Positions 1 through 10,922 of a stretch of DNA of 64,000 nt are shown here, piece by piece (position 1 is the stretch's first letter; each line of letters opens with the position of its first letter). The notes under the pieces were generated by a model. The model did not search any database. It saw nothing but the letters and a program-made list of their open reading frames with translations, and was not told where the DNA came from. The position numbers and the translations under genes are program-made. This DNA is from Eledone cirrhosa (lineage: Eukaryota): NCBI GenBank assembly GCA_964016885.1, contig OZ024740.1, forward strand, positions 78,926,001-78,990,000. The letters run 5' to 3'.

Positions 1-69
1 GTTCTTTTAGGACATTTGCATGAATTTAATAAAATACTCATAAGTCATGAAAGAAGCGCTTATTTGAAA

Positions 70-520
70 ATAAAATTGGTACGGATAATCTTGAGACTCT
101 TATTGACTATTCAATGAATCTTCTATTAGCATCAGTTACTGCTTCAATACATGGTCTGAAACATTGACATGCCTAAATCAGATCATCTTTATCTATTTGG
201 GATATTTGCTAATTATGGCAGACTTCAGAGATTTTATAGAGTTGTGTGGGGTGTTGACTAACTTCCCTCTTGACTATGCTCCCATATGTCTGGGGTGAGA
301 TGATTGTGGAGATTGTAACTCATCCATTTTGGGGTTGTCTTGGCCTTATGAGAGTCTTGTTGGTCTCCTTATAGTCAGCAGCTTCCAGCTCTTTGCAAAC
401 TTTGACAACAAACAACTATGCAACTTTCAGGAAGTGAGCAATCTCTAAATCACTATGCTCTGCCTTTATGGCAATGATTACAGCATGCCTTTTCATTTGC
501 TGAGTTAGCTTGATGTCTAC
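70..520 (-). mobile_element. Internally deleted Tc1/mariner-family (maT/DD37D-like) transposon remnant
   Basis: Minus strand reads MKRHAVIIAIKAEHSDLEIAHFLKVA*LFVVKVCKELE (N-terminal HTH region) joined to PHNSIKSLKSAII...ACQCFRPCIEAVTDANRRFIE* (typical C-terminus). Stops and frameshifts present; catalytic core missing. Confidence 0.7.
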
Positions 521-683
521 CGTTATTTATCTGAAAAGAAATGATAGTCTTAACAAGTTAGAAAAAAGAGCTATTAAAAGATGTTTTCAAAGAACTGTGC
601 ATGTCAGCATAGAAAAACATACATTAAATGATGATGATGATGATATATATAGAGAGAGAGGGAGAGAGATACGTTCGCTGTAT

Positions 684-830
684 TTTTTTTACTAAAGAAA
701 TTTTAGCCTAATAGTGGAGTTTAGAACCCTCTAAGAAATGGTGAAAGATTAGTATTGACGTACATGGGAGTTGAACCCACATCTTTGATTATCCAGACCA
801 CTGTGCTACAATTACACCAACACATTACCC
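684..830 (-). mobile_element. tRNA-derived SINE
   Basis: Minus strand has A-box-like GGTGTAATTGTAGCAC and B-box-like GGGTTCAACTCCC, followed by a body repeated at 940-1075. Confidence 0.6.
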
Positions 831-881
831 ATCTCCTTCCATTCAAATTAGGAGCTACAATCATAGCAAATATAATGACAA

Positions 882-1138
882 GTAAGTTTATTTTGAAACA
901 GCGAGTGAGTTTGAAATAGAAATAGAAGCTTTCACCATATTTTTTTTACTAAAGGAATGTTAGTGTGATAGTGGGGTTTAGAACCCTCTAAGAAATGGAA
1001 AAAGATGACGTCAGTACTCATCTTTTTCCATTTCTTAGAGGTTTCTAAACCCCACTATCACGGTAAAATTTCTTTAGTAAAAGAAATACAGCAAAAGCTT
1101 CTATTTCAAACTCACTCGCTGTTTCAAAACAAACTTAC
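882..1138. repeat. Long imperfect inverted repeat (about 125-bp arms, 9-nt loop) made of two SINE bodies
   Basis: GTAAGTTTATTTTGAAACAGCGAGTGAG...GAAATGGAAAAAGATGA / CGTCAGTAC / TCATCTTTTTCCATTTC...CTCACTCGCTGTTTCAAAACAAACTTAC. Confidence 0.85.
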
Positions 1139-1455
1139 CTTTATATATATATATATATGCAATCTGAAATGTAGTAAACCCAACGCAAATGACTACAACA
1201 ATAGTTGAAAAAATCAGGTAAAGTAACCCTGGAGATGGAAAAGAGTGGACAGAGGCACCTATTAGGAATTGGATGCCATTACAAGAGTCTTTGGCCACCA
1301 TCTTTTAGACATCTATAGCTAGAAGTGTAATCAGCTGGTTGAATTAATAAGCATTGGGAACATTTGAAATATAGCTATCCCAACACAAATGACTACAACA
1401 ATAGTTGATCACTAGAAACAGTAATCAAAATAATCAGGTAAAGTACCAATAACTA

Positions 1456-1570
1456 GGGGCTTATAGCACAATAGCTAACAGACTTGTCCAGTATCTGAAA
1501 GATGTGGAGTTCAAATCTTCACAAGAGACTCTGTACAATTTTTTCCATCTCCAATGGTATTTTATTTATC
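1456..1570 (+). mobile_element. Degenerate tRNA-derived SINE head
   Basis: GGGGCTTATAGCACAATAGC...GAGTTCAAATCT A/B-box-like motifs; a related copy appears reversed at about 1228-1300. Confidence 0.4.
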
Positions 1571-1984
1571 TGTTTTGTGCGGTTACCTTTGGCCACTATT
1601 AACACATATACACACATTAATACAGATATTTAGTTATTACTAGTCATCTCTGTACTTATCAGATTAGTGATAAGAATCACTAAAGTTTGATGTAGGTTTT
1701 ATGACGTTAATTTCCATGAGGAAATTTTATTCTAATGACACTATATTTCTAGACAAAAATCAAATAATTACATGTTTAAATACTATATCATCTAACCTAG
1801 TTTGATTTCTTTATTAAGATGTCATTTCTTTTAAATATATACATGCTGACATTAAATAAACGTAGTATGGAACTTAGGTGTCAAACTGACAAAAGCGTTA
1901 GTGTGTCAGACGAAATGTCTTGCAGTGTGTATTCTGGCTCCTTGCATTTGGAGTTAGAATTTCAACAAGGCCGGCTTTTTCTTT

Positions 1985-2400
1985 CATTCTTCTTCTTCTC
2001 CTCCTCCCTCCTTCTTTCAGAAGCAACTGTCGCCAATTAATCTGGCTGGATCCCCAAGTGAGACGAACTGAACTCATGGATGTTATCCAAACATCTTGCT
2101 CATGGTCTGCCTCTGGGTCTCCTGCCAGTTGGCTTTGCCTGTAAAATTTGTTTAACAACTCTTTCCTGAGACATTCTGACCACATTTCAGTAGTATTGGA
2201 GTTGTGAACTCTCAATTTGGAGAAGTAGAAGTTCTACCTGGTACAATTTCCTGATCTTCAAACTATGCACCCTATTGAGTAATGCCACTCCATTTTGGCT
2301 GCTTGAATTCACGATCTTATTCTTTCAGCCATTACCCAATATTCATGACCATAGTTAAGAACACCAAATTGTAGATAGCGAGTTTCGTTTTTACACCAAT
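1985..2400 (-). mobile_element. RTE-clade LINE 3' remnant (second RTE family)
   Basis: LNYGHEYWVMAERIRS*IQAAKM matches the RTE YGHExWvmTeRirsrIQAAEM motif; (GAA)n-like tail; homologous copy at 15450-15725. Confidence 0.7.
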
Positions 2401-2637
2401 ATTGATATATAAAACCTTCATAAATATATTCTACACTCCTGAGAGTTTCAAAACCATGCCAACTAAACATGTTGATTAGTTGCCTTGGTTTATATGCAGG
2501 GGTTGGATTTTTACCCATTTCTCAGACATAATTCAGATCAGCTTATATTTGAGTATACATGATAATGAGATAGTTACATTAATAAATCTCTCCAGATTTG
2601 TGTTCATTTTCAAAATGAATGGAAACCATAGGCAGTG

Positions 2638-3163
2638 CTTTTCATTAGAAATATGCTGATGAAAGGGTTAAAATGATATGGAAGACAAGATGGTGTATTC
2701 TTATATTAACTTGTGTATGCACGTATTTAACTCTTTTGATATCAAACCACCTGAAACTGCCTATGATTCTAACATATAAAACTTCATTTAACCCTTTCAT
2801 GACTGCATTTCTAATGAAGTACACTGTATTTTAACAAATTAATGAAGAATTTCGTGGGATTTACTAAAATATTGAATTATTTCATTACTAAGATAGCAAC
2901 TTAACATATATATTTATAAAATTATGTTGAAAGATTTTAATTTAAATTGGAAACATTTAAAATGGGTGGTTTTATTTTATAGAATCAGAGCTGGTTTGGG
3001 CCAGGTTGGTAACTAAAGGGTTAAAATAGTTTATATTTATAAAAAAGTCTTTCATCATAATTTTATATAAAATTTTTTGTTAAGTTATGTATCAAACACC
3101 AACCTCATATTTGAAACACATAAGAAGTACTTTTCATTAGAAATATGGTAATGAAAGGGTTAA
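2638..3163. mobile_element. Cluster of TTAA-flanked piggyBac-like MITE ends
   Basis: TTAACCCTTT / AAAGGGTTAA termini at about 2660, 2728, 2788, 3015 and 3154; related copies near 18390-18638, 35720-35945, 44225-44438, 45077-45273, 58918 and 61539. Confidence 0.55.
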
Positions 3164-3613
3164 TACTTTCTACTGAAGTTTTCAGTTTGTAGCCACTGTA
3201 ATCTGCTCTAATCTACCACCCACATAAGGCAGGTAGTGTACTGTATCAGTGAAATATCTCACTTGATGCCACATACTAGGGTGGGGACTGTAATAGGATA
3301 CATCATTATTCCTTAATTCTAATATCTTTGCTCCAGTAGAGTTTCCTTCTATTTTCCTTTATTTTATTTTTGGTAAAAATTAAAATGACTGCTGTGCATT
3401 CAGTTGTTCCTTATTTGGCCTATAATTGTCAACAGAGCTACCGAGAAACCATTCATGTAAAAGGAGTAATGTTTTTAAAGTGAACATTGTATCTACTACA
3501 GCATGTGCTGTTTTGATAAACATTGAATGTCTTGGATGTTAAATATATATATATGTGTGTGTGTGTTATCATCATTTTGTGATGTATGCATGTATGCATG
3601 TATGCATATATAT

Positions 3614-3966
3614 CATCATCATCACCGTTTAACGTCTATTTCTCAATGCTAGCATGGGTGTTACGAGTTGTCCTGTCGTGATAGGCTAGGTCAGATGACC
3701 ATGTCTTGCTCATACAGAACTGATTTTGGCTAGATGCCCTTCCTAATTCCAACCACATTTATAGTGAGTACCGAGTGATTTTTGTTGTGACACCTACACG
3801 ACCACTTTACAGTGTGGGCTGGAGACTTTGGTGGGAGAGGTGTGTAGGGATTGGGGATTGGCATGTGTGAAGGGTGGAGTGTTAGGATGTGGGAGGTGAA
3901 TAGAAGGAGGATGGATGTGAAAGTGGTTCACACTAGATGTATGCTTCAGCCAGTACCCATGGGAAG
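3614..3966 (-). mobile_element. RTE 3' UTR fragment
   Basis: Reverse complement of the 3' end of the 39.9-42.3 kb RTE (CCCATGGGTAC...CCCATGCTAGCAT...(GAT)n). Confidence 0.8.
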
Positions 3967-3997
3967 GTAAGTCTTCCATATATATATATTTGGCAAA

Positions 3998-4110
3998 ACC
4001 TGTTGATGAAGCCACATGCGCCAATTGTACATTGTTGCCTAATAAATGCAGACAGTGGATGCTGTGGACTCTATTGCTGCATTAATTATGGCAGAAACTT
4101 GAGTTCGGGT
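3998..4110 (+). ncRNA. Type I hammerhead ribozyme, core variant (C3 to U)
   Basis: ACCTG-TTGATGA-A-GCCACAT...TTATGGC-A-GAAAC-TTGA-GTT-CGGGT; stem I ACCTG/CGGGT. Confidence 0.65.
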
Positions 4111-4884
4111 ATAGATTGAAGGTACCCATTTACGTATGTTGTGTTAAAGCGAATAACAATGTATCTACTCTGGGAGTTTACTTAACATTACCTATTGAGT
4201 ACACTGAGATGCAACCGGTATTAGCAGTGAAACCCATAATAGTCTTGTCAACTTGATATTATTTTTTCCCAACTAGCAGATTAACGAGAGTAAGTTGAAC
4301 AATTTTCCACATTTTAAAAATTGTGTTTTGTTTAATATGCGCTCTAATACATGTTATATCTTCCTCTCTCTCACTCACCTATTGAATCATGCAAGTTGTG
4401 AAATTGACCTGTTACGCATGTGGTTGGTCAAAATATCTAGAATTTGAATTCTAACCAACGCGCTAGCTAACTCTATATCGCTGTCTAATTGTCTGTTGGC
4501 ATTTAATGTCTGGAAAGGTTTTAGGCACTATCATTGTTACTGTCGCACTATTTCTTGACATGGGACTTGGAGACTAGAGCCAAATGCTACCATTCTAATA
4601 TACAGCGATAGGAGACTGATTTTTTAATAACCATCTTTCACTTGCTTGTTAATTTGTGTTTGAGACATATTGGCTGAGAGCTTATGGCAGGAGCAGAACT
4701 ATTTGAATTTTGTCTCCTGCCATCACGTAAATTTCTGAACCAATGGGCAATCGACTGACCGCATTTCGATGATGCATATGGATTTCAGTTGCTAATGTTT
4801 TACTGTGCTGGCCGTCACATTCAGTCATAACCAGCACGGACTGGAATGGAATTCTGTCAACCGATTGGTTATTCATTAAGTGAA

Positions 4885-4996
4885 ACCTGCTGATGAAGCC
4901 ACATGCGCCGATTGTGCATGTTGCATAATGAATGCAGACAGTGGATGCTGTGCACTCTGTTACTGCATTAAGTGTGGCAGAAGCTTGAGTTCGGTT
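4885..4996 (+). ncRNA. Type I hammerhead ribozyme, core variant (GAAA to GAAG)
   Basis: ACCTG-CTGATGA-A-GCCACAT...GTGTGGC-A-GAAGC-TTGA-GTT-CGGTT. Confidence 0.65.
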
Positions 4997-5711
4997 ATAG
5001 ATTGAAGGTACCCATTTACATGTGTTGTGTTAAAGCGAATAACGATGTGTCTACTCTGGGAGTTTACTTAACATCACCTATTGAGTATGCTGAGATGCAA
5101 CCAGTTCTAGCAGTGAAACCAATGCTAGTTTCGTCAACTTATTATGTATTACATTCTCTTATGTAATCAGTAACATAATCCATGATACATTAAAAAAAAA
5201 CAATATTATATATAAACTGCATTAGGAGAAAATTAGTGACGGAAATATGTGAATGTTTATTTAAGCGATCGTTAACCGGAAGTGTTGACATTTGAGAAGT
5301 TTAAAGAAGTGAATCTTTAAATAAACAATAAAATATATTTAATCAACAGCTACGAAATTTAGTAGATAAATTATGTAATATTCATTCATGATTTATTCAA
5401 AGTAATCCAACTTATTTTACTCATGGGATAAAAAATTATAAACCGTACGCAGTCCTGCACTCCTTACTTTATTATAGTTTAGATTCCTTATAGCAAACCT
5501 TTCCTTTTTCTTTTTCTTCCTCTATATCAGCCTGTTTTTAATGCCTCTTGCTGCTGAGTCTTAATCATATTTATATAATCATGCTTTTCATGTGCTTCTT
5601 GCCTGCCTCTCTTAAATGTATGTTAACATCTATTATTTTAGCTTTCTTCCCATATATGGTATCCCAGGAATGTTCTTTAATAAAGTTATCTGTGCTCTAA
5701 CTTTTGATTTA

Positions 5712-5758
5712 TACTCCAATGATTCTGGCCTACTGCTTGGATGAAACGATCGTTAGTA
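5712..5758 (+). ncRNA. Degenerate minimal hammerhead
   Basis: TACT-CCAATGA-...-GAAAC-GATC-GTT-AGTA: stem I TACT/AGTA and palindromic stem III present, but the CUGAUGA box has two changes. Confidence 0.4.
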
Positions 5759-5815
5759 ATTAAATGTTATTAAACACTCTTTGATTGCTATTTATAAAGT
5801 ATATATATATATATA

Positions 5816-6029
5816 ATGAAGTATTTCCGTAGGAAAGGTAAAGGAAAAGAGAGTGCTCTATGTAGGCTACAGAGCTTTTTAGTTATATAATAAACAACAT
5901 AGATAATTATTTCATTTACCAGTGGTTTCTTGAAGACAGATATTTATGTCTGTCTTCATTCATCAGATAAATATCTGTCTTCAAGAAACCACTGGTAAAT
6001 GAAATAATTATCTTATGTTGTTTATTACA

Positions 6030-6034
<5 letters not shown>
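5816..6034 (-). mobile_element. Short hammerhead-bearing insertion with an inverted terminal duplication, between (TA)n tracts
   Basis: Arms 5881-5947 and 5967-6034 are near-perfect reverse complements; HHR core on the minus strand. Confidence 0.75.
5911..5966 (-). ncRNA. Hammerhead core (5' strand of stem I lost at the inversion junction)
   Basis: CTGATGA-A-TGAAGACAGA-CATAAATA-TCTGTCTTCA-A-GAAACC-ACT-GGTA; perfect 10-bp stem II. Confidence 0.75.
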
Positions 6035-6089
<55 letters not shown>

Positions 6090-6204
6090 TATATGTATTC
6101 TCAAATTTAATATAAACTATATATAGGGAAAACAATAATAAATATTTGAAGATGCACCTAATTTTATATATATATATATATGTATGTATATTATTGTATA
6201 TGTA

Positions 6205-6351
6205 AGCATGACCTTGTGGTTAAAGAGATTGTGGTGTAACAATGTGGTTTCTGGTTCACTTGCACTGCCTGGCATCTTGGGCAAGTTTCTTCTATTATAG
6301 CCTTGGGTTGACCAATGCCTTTTGAGTGGAATTTGGTTAACGGAAAAGGCA

Positions 6352-6352
<1 letters not shown>
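6205..6352 (+). mobile_element. tRNA-derived SINE, GGCAAGTGTCTTCT...GGTAGACGGAAAC family
   Basis: Shared body also at about 21080-21235, 34176-34330, 36005-36150(-), 46447-46590, 49195-49345 and 60990-61155(-). Confidence 0.65.
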
Positions 6353-6398
<46 letters not shown>

Positions 6399-6401
<3 letters not shown>

Positions 6402-6650
6402 TGTGCGCGAGAGAAGACTGCGATAGTGCGGACATGTGATGCGCATGGAGGATGACTGCTGGGTAAAGAAGTGCCAAGAAATGCCAGTTGAAAAACATGG
6501 GCGGAGGTGGTGAGAGCAGACCTCAGATCGCTGAAGCTCACGGTGGAAATGACGAAGGACTGTGACAAGTGGAAAGATGCTGTGCTGAATAGGACCAGTC
6601 CCACCCTTGCAAGCAAGGAAAAGTGGACGTAAAATGATGATGATGATGAT
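6399..6650 (+). mobile_element. RTE 3' fragment
   Basis: Encodes RRLR*CGHVMRMEDDCWVKKCQEMPV; (GAT)n tail; homologous copies at 30522-30795(-) and 33866-34110(-). Confidence 0.8.
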
Positions 6651-7132
6651 ATATATATATATAGTCGTCTGTGTTTTAAACTCCTATTTATATCAGTCTA
6701 GAAGTCAAATTCTCCGTTTTCCTCTCAGATCTTCAATTAATATTTTATATATTTTTAATATGTCCATAATAATGTGTCTCTTCTAGTTCTGTTATTAAAT
6801 AATTATTCTAGAACCTTCCTGCATCTTGCTTGCAAACTTTGTAAGCACTTTGCTCCTTCTCCCCCCCCCCCCCGCCTGATCGCAAGTATAAAATAAATCT
6901 TGCTGGCTCCCAATGACAGAATTTATCTATCAAATTTATCTATCAAATTTATCTATCTTACGGGCGATGTGTCGATTTTGAGAATGTAAGCAAAACCTGT
7001 CTTTTCTTTGTTTCCGTAGCCTCCTCAATTAAGCAGTGTTTTAAGCTCTTATTTATATCACTCTAAAATTCAAATTCTCCGTTTTCTTCTCTGATTTTAA
7101 ATCATTATTTTACATGTTTTTAATATATCTCA

Positions 7133-10100
7133 ATCTGTTGGACCCTTCCTAAAAACTAAACTTCTCCTCTCAATCTGTTGGACCCTTTCTAAAAACTAAA
7201 CTTCTCCTAAGGTCACCCATTTCCCGCCCTCCCACCCCACACACCACCATTGCTATATGGTCCAATCATAACTCAGCGGCTTTAGTAAGTTCTCTAACAA
7301 ATCAGTATAGCAAAGCTACCACCCCGGTTACTACTCCTTAAGTTTAGACCTGTTTGATGGGTTGACTGCGGAAATTTGAAAAGTCTAAGCACTCAATGAC
7401 AATGTCACAGATAAAGATAAATTCACCTCCCGCTGCAAGACGAGAATACAAGGACCCCTCTTTATTTCAAACACAGATGACCAACAAAATCCCGTCTCCC
7501 ACACCCCTTCCTGCCCCTCCAACCCATCCATCCCACCCTCCAACTTCAGATTTGGTACCATGAACATAGGCACATTGAAAGGTCGCTCAAATGAGGTTGT
7601 AGAGATGCTTGAACGTAAAGAAGTTGATGTTTGTTGTATTCAAGAGACTAGGTGGATTCTGCCAGATTCATCGTGGGTAAAAAACGATGCTATAAACTTT
7701 TCTGGGTGGGAAATGACAACGGACTGGGTGGTGTAGGAATTATGTTAGCTGAGAAATGGGTAGATAAGGTAATTGACGTAAATAGAGTGAATGACAGAAT
7801 AATTGAATTAAGACTAGTTCTAAATAGAACTACTGTGACAATAATATCTGCTTATGCACCCCAATCTGGTCTATCTGATGTTATAAAGGACAGGTTCTAT
7901 GAGATGCTAATGCACAATACCTCCCAAATAACCAACAGTAACTACTTAATTATTGCTGGTGATCTAAACGGTCACGTTGGACAACATAGTGATGGCTAGG
8001 ATGGAATCCATGGAGGCTATGGGGTTGGAAATAGAAATGAGGAGGGCTTCAGAATCCTGGAATTCTGTGACGCAAATAGCCTAACTATCTGTAACACAAA
8101 CTTCAAAAAATGTGAAAACCACTTGATCACCTATAGATCAGGGGAACACGCCAGCCAGATAGATTATATCCTTACTAGAAGACGGGACAAAATGTCTGTT
8201 GTAAACACTAAATCCCTCCCCCGTGAAGAATGCACCTCCCAACATAGCCTAGTAGTTAGTGACCTCATAGTCAGGAATAGACGTACTCGACGACAGAGGC
8301 GGCCTACCTTGAGGAGAAGAATATGGAAGTTGAAGGACTCCACAGCCAGTGACAAATTTAAAAGCTTATTACTTGATGCCTTTGACAATAAGGAAGAGCA
8401 ATTAGAGACTTGCAATATAGAGGAACAGTGGCAATTCTTGAAAGTGAACCTACTGAAAGCAACGGATGAAATCTGTGGCTGGAGCAGACTTATTGGCAGG
8501 AGGAGAGAAACTTGGTGGTGGAACAGTAAGGTGGAAGAGACAATCAAGGCTAAAAAGCAGGCCTGGAAAGTATGGCAGGATGGGGGAAGTAGAGAGCACT
8601 ATCAAGTGGCCAGGAGAGAAGCTAGGAGACAAGTGTACCTTGCAAAAAGGGTAGCAGAGGATAGAAAGTTCAAGCATGTTCTACAACGTGAGGACAAAAA
8701 ACGTGAGGTGTTAAGGATTGCTAGACAATGTGTCAAGGAAAACCGTGATATTGTCGGAGAGAAGTGTGTCCGTATTGATAATGGTGTACTTGTGCTCACT
8801 GATACTGATAAGAAGATAGCCTGGAAGTGTCACTACGAGAGACTATTAAATGAGGAGAATAAATGGGAAAAATATAGTCTGTCCCAAATCAATCCAAAAG
8901 AAGGACCAGCAGTGCAAGTTAAAGGTAGTATAATAAGTAAGGCAAACAAAGATATGAAGACAGGCAAGGCAGCTGGGCCTTCGGAGATAGTTGCTGAGAT
9001 GTTGGAGGCATCTGGAATGGTGGGACACAGTATGGTCACCCGTATAGTTAACCAAGTAATACAGAATGGGATCATACCGAAAGACTGGCGTAGCAGCATC
9101 ATCATTAACTGCTACAAGGATAAAGGGGATGCTCTAGATAGGGGAAACTATAGAGGCATTAAGTTAGTTGACCAGATCATGAAGGTCACAGAAAAAGTTA
9201 TAGCGCAACTAATCAGAGAGCGAATTGATCTAGTTGAAATGCGGTTTGGGTTTGTGTCAGGTAAAAGTACCACAGACGCTCTTTTTCTTGTATGACAACT
9301 ATAAGAGAAGTACCTAGCTAAAAGTAAACTACTTAGCTTTTGTAGACCTGGAGAAAGCTTTTGACAGAGTCCCCTGCTCCATTATCTGGTGGGCTCTTAG
9401 AAAACTAGGTGTAGATGAATGGTTTGTGAGAGCTATACAAGCTATGTATAATGAAACAGTCAGTAAGGTTAGAATTAACAATGAATATTGTGAAGAATTT
9501 AGTGTAAAAGTTGGCGTTCATCAAGGCTCTGTCCTTAGCCCCCCTCTTATTTATTATTGCCCTTCAGGCTATAACAGAGGAGTTCAAGACCGGCTGCCCA
9601 TGGGAACTCCTATACGCAAATGATCTCACGCTCATAGCTGAATCAATGGCTGAACTATAGAAGAAATTCGAAACATGGAAGCATGGCCTAGAATCAAAAG
9701 GCCTTAAAGTTAACTTGTCTAAGACTAAAGTTCTAGTTTGTAGAAAGGAAAATAGGGCACAGGTGCCCTCAGGGAAATGGCCATGGTCCGTGTGTAGGGA
9801 AGGAGTAGGCAGAAATTCCATTTTATGTCCCAAATGCAAAGTATGGGTACATAAAAGATGTAGTGGGATCACAGGTAAACTATCTAAGAACGTAGACTTT
9901 ATATGTGGCCAATGCTCAGGTGCAATAAGTAGCAAGTGTCCACAGGATACTAGCTCCTTCTATTGCCCAGATGGTTCTATAGAAATAGTAGACACTTTCC
10001 GTTACCTAGGTGACAAAATCAGCAGTGGTGGAGGGTGTTCTGAAAGTACAGTAGCCAGAGTCAGAACGGGATGGAAAAAGTTCAGGGAGCTTATACCGCT

Positions 10101-10922
10101 GTTGGCCACAAAAGGTTTCTCTCTAGAAATGAAAGGCAGATTGTATGATGCCTGTATATGAACAGCAATGTTACATGGCAGTGAGACATGGGCATTACGT
10201 GCAGAGGACCTGCGTTGACTGGAAAGGAACGAAGCATGCATGCTCCGTTGGATGTGTAATAGTAATATACGTGAACGGCAAACCATAAACGAACTATTAG
10301 GAATAAGAGGGATCAGATGCTGTTTACTTGAGAGAAGACTACGTTGGTATGGTCACATGATGCGCATGAAAGACGACAGCTGCATAAAAAAGTGCAGGGC
10401 GATCAAAATTGATGGTAGTTACGGAGTAGGTAGACCCAGAAAAACCTGGGATGATCTGATAAATTCTGACCTCACTTACATCTCTCTAAGACAATGTCTC
10501 TGGACCGAGATCTTTGGCGCTACGCAGTAATACAGAAGACCCGCCTTGCCTATGTACAAAGCGAAACCTACAGTCAGTAGGCACCTCTTAACCAAATATA
10601 CGCCCCAATCCACTACCCCTACCCTATCCCCCCACTCCCACCAACAGCACGAGAAAATGAGATCGAGATCGTGTAGGTGTCACGACAAAAAAACACGCAC
10701 AGTCCACGCTGTAATGTGGCCGTGTAGGTAACACGGTAAAAAGTTCCCAGTTCCACACTGTAAATGTGGTTGGTGTTAGGAAGGGCATCCAGCCGTAGAA
10801 AACCTGCCAGATAATCTTATATGAGCGAGGCACGGTCACCCGACCAGCCTTGCCTCAAGTGGGACAACTCCCGTCTAACCCATGCTAGCGTGGTAAATGG
10901 ACGTTAAACGAAGATGATGATA
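7133..10922 (+). mobile_element. Near full-length, inactivated RTE-clade LINE (APE endonuclease + RT + PHD-like finger)
   Basis: APE motifs GTMNIGTL, CIQETRW, SAYAPQ, IAGDLNGHVG, SQIDYIL; RT motifs NYRGIKL, FVDLEKAFD, GVHQGSVLSP, YANDL; several stops and frameshifts (ORFs 7652-7999, 8123-9295, 9715-10161, 10240-10530); (GAT)n tail; 39-bp tandem duplication at the 5' end. Confidence 0.95.

Larger units (their letters stand above)
3996..5140 (+). mobile_element. ORF-less element with about 260-bp terminal direct repeats, each containing a hammerhead ribozyme (retrozyme-like / non-autonomous Penelope-type)
   Basis: 3996-4255 repeats at 4883-5140 with scattered substitutions. The internal region has hairpins (TGGCAGGAG...CTCCTGCCA; GTGCTGG...CCAGCAC) and no recognisable ORF. 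Preceded by (TA)n. Confidence 0.75.

Noticed and set aside
760-830. tRNA gene
   Set aside because: No complete cloverleaf; continuous with a repeated SINE body.
4203-4246. Second hammerhead-like string in the direct repeat (CTGAGA-TGC...GCA-GTGAAAC)
   Set aside because: The core is one base short, and stems I and III are not supported in either copy.
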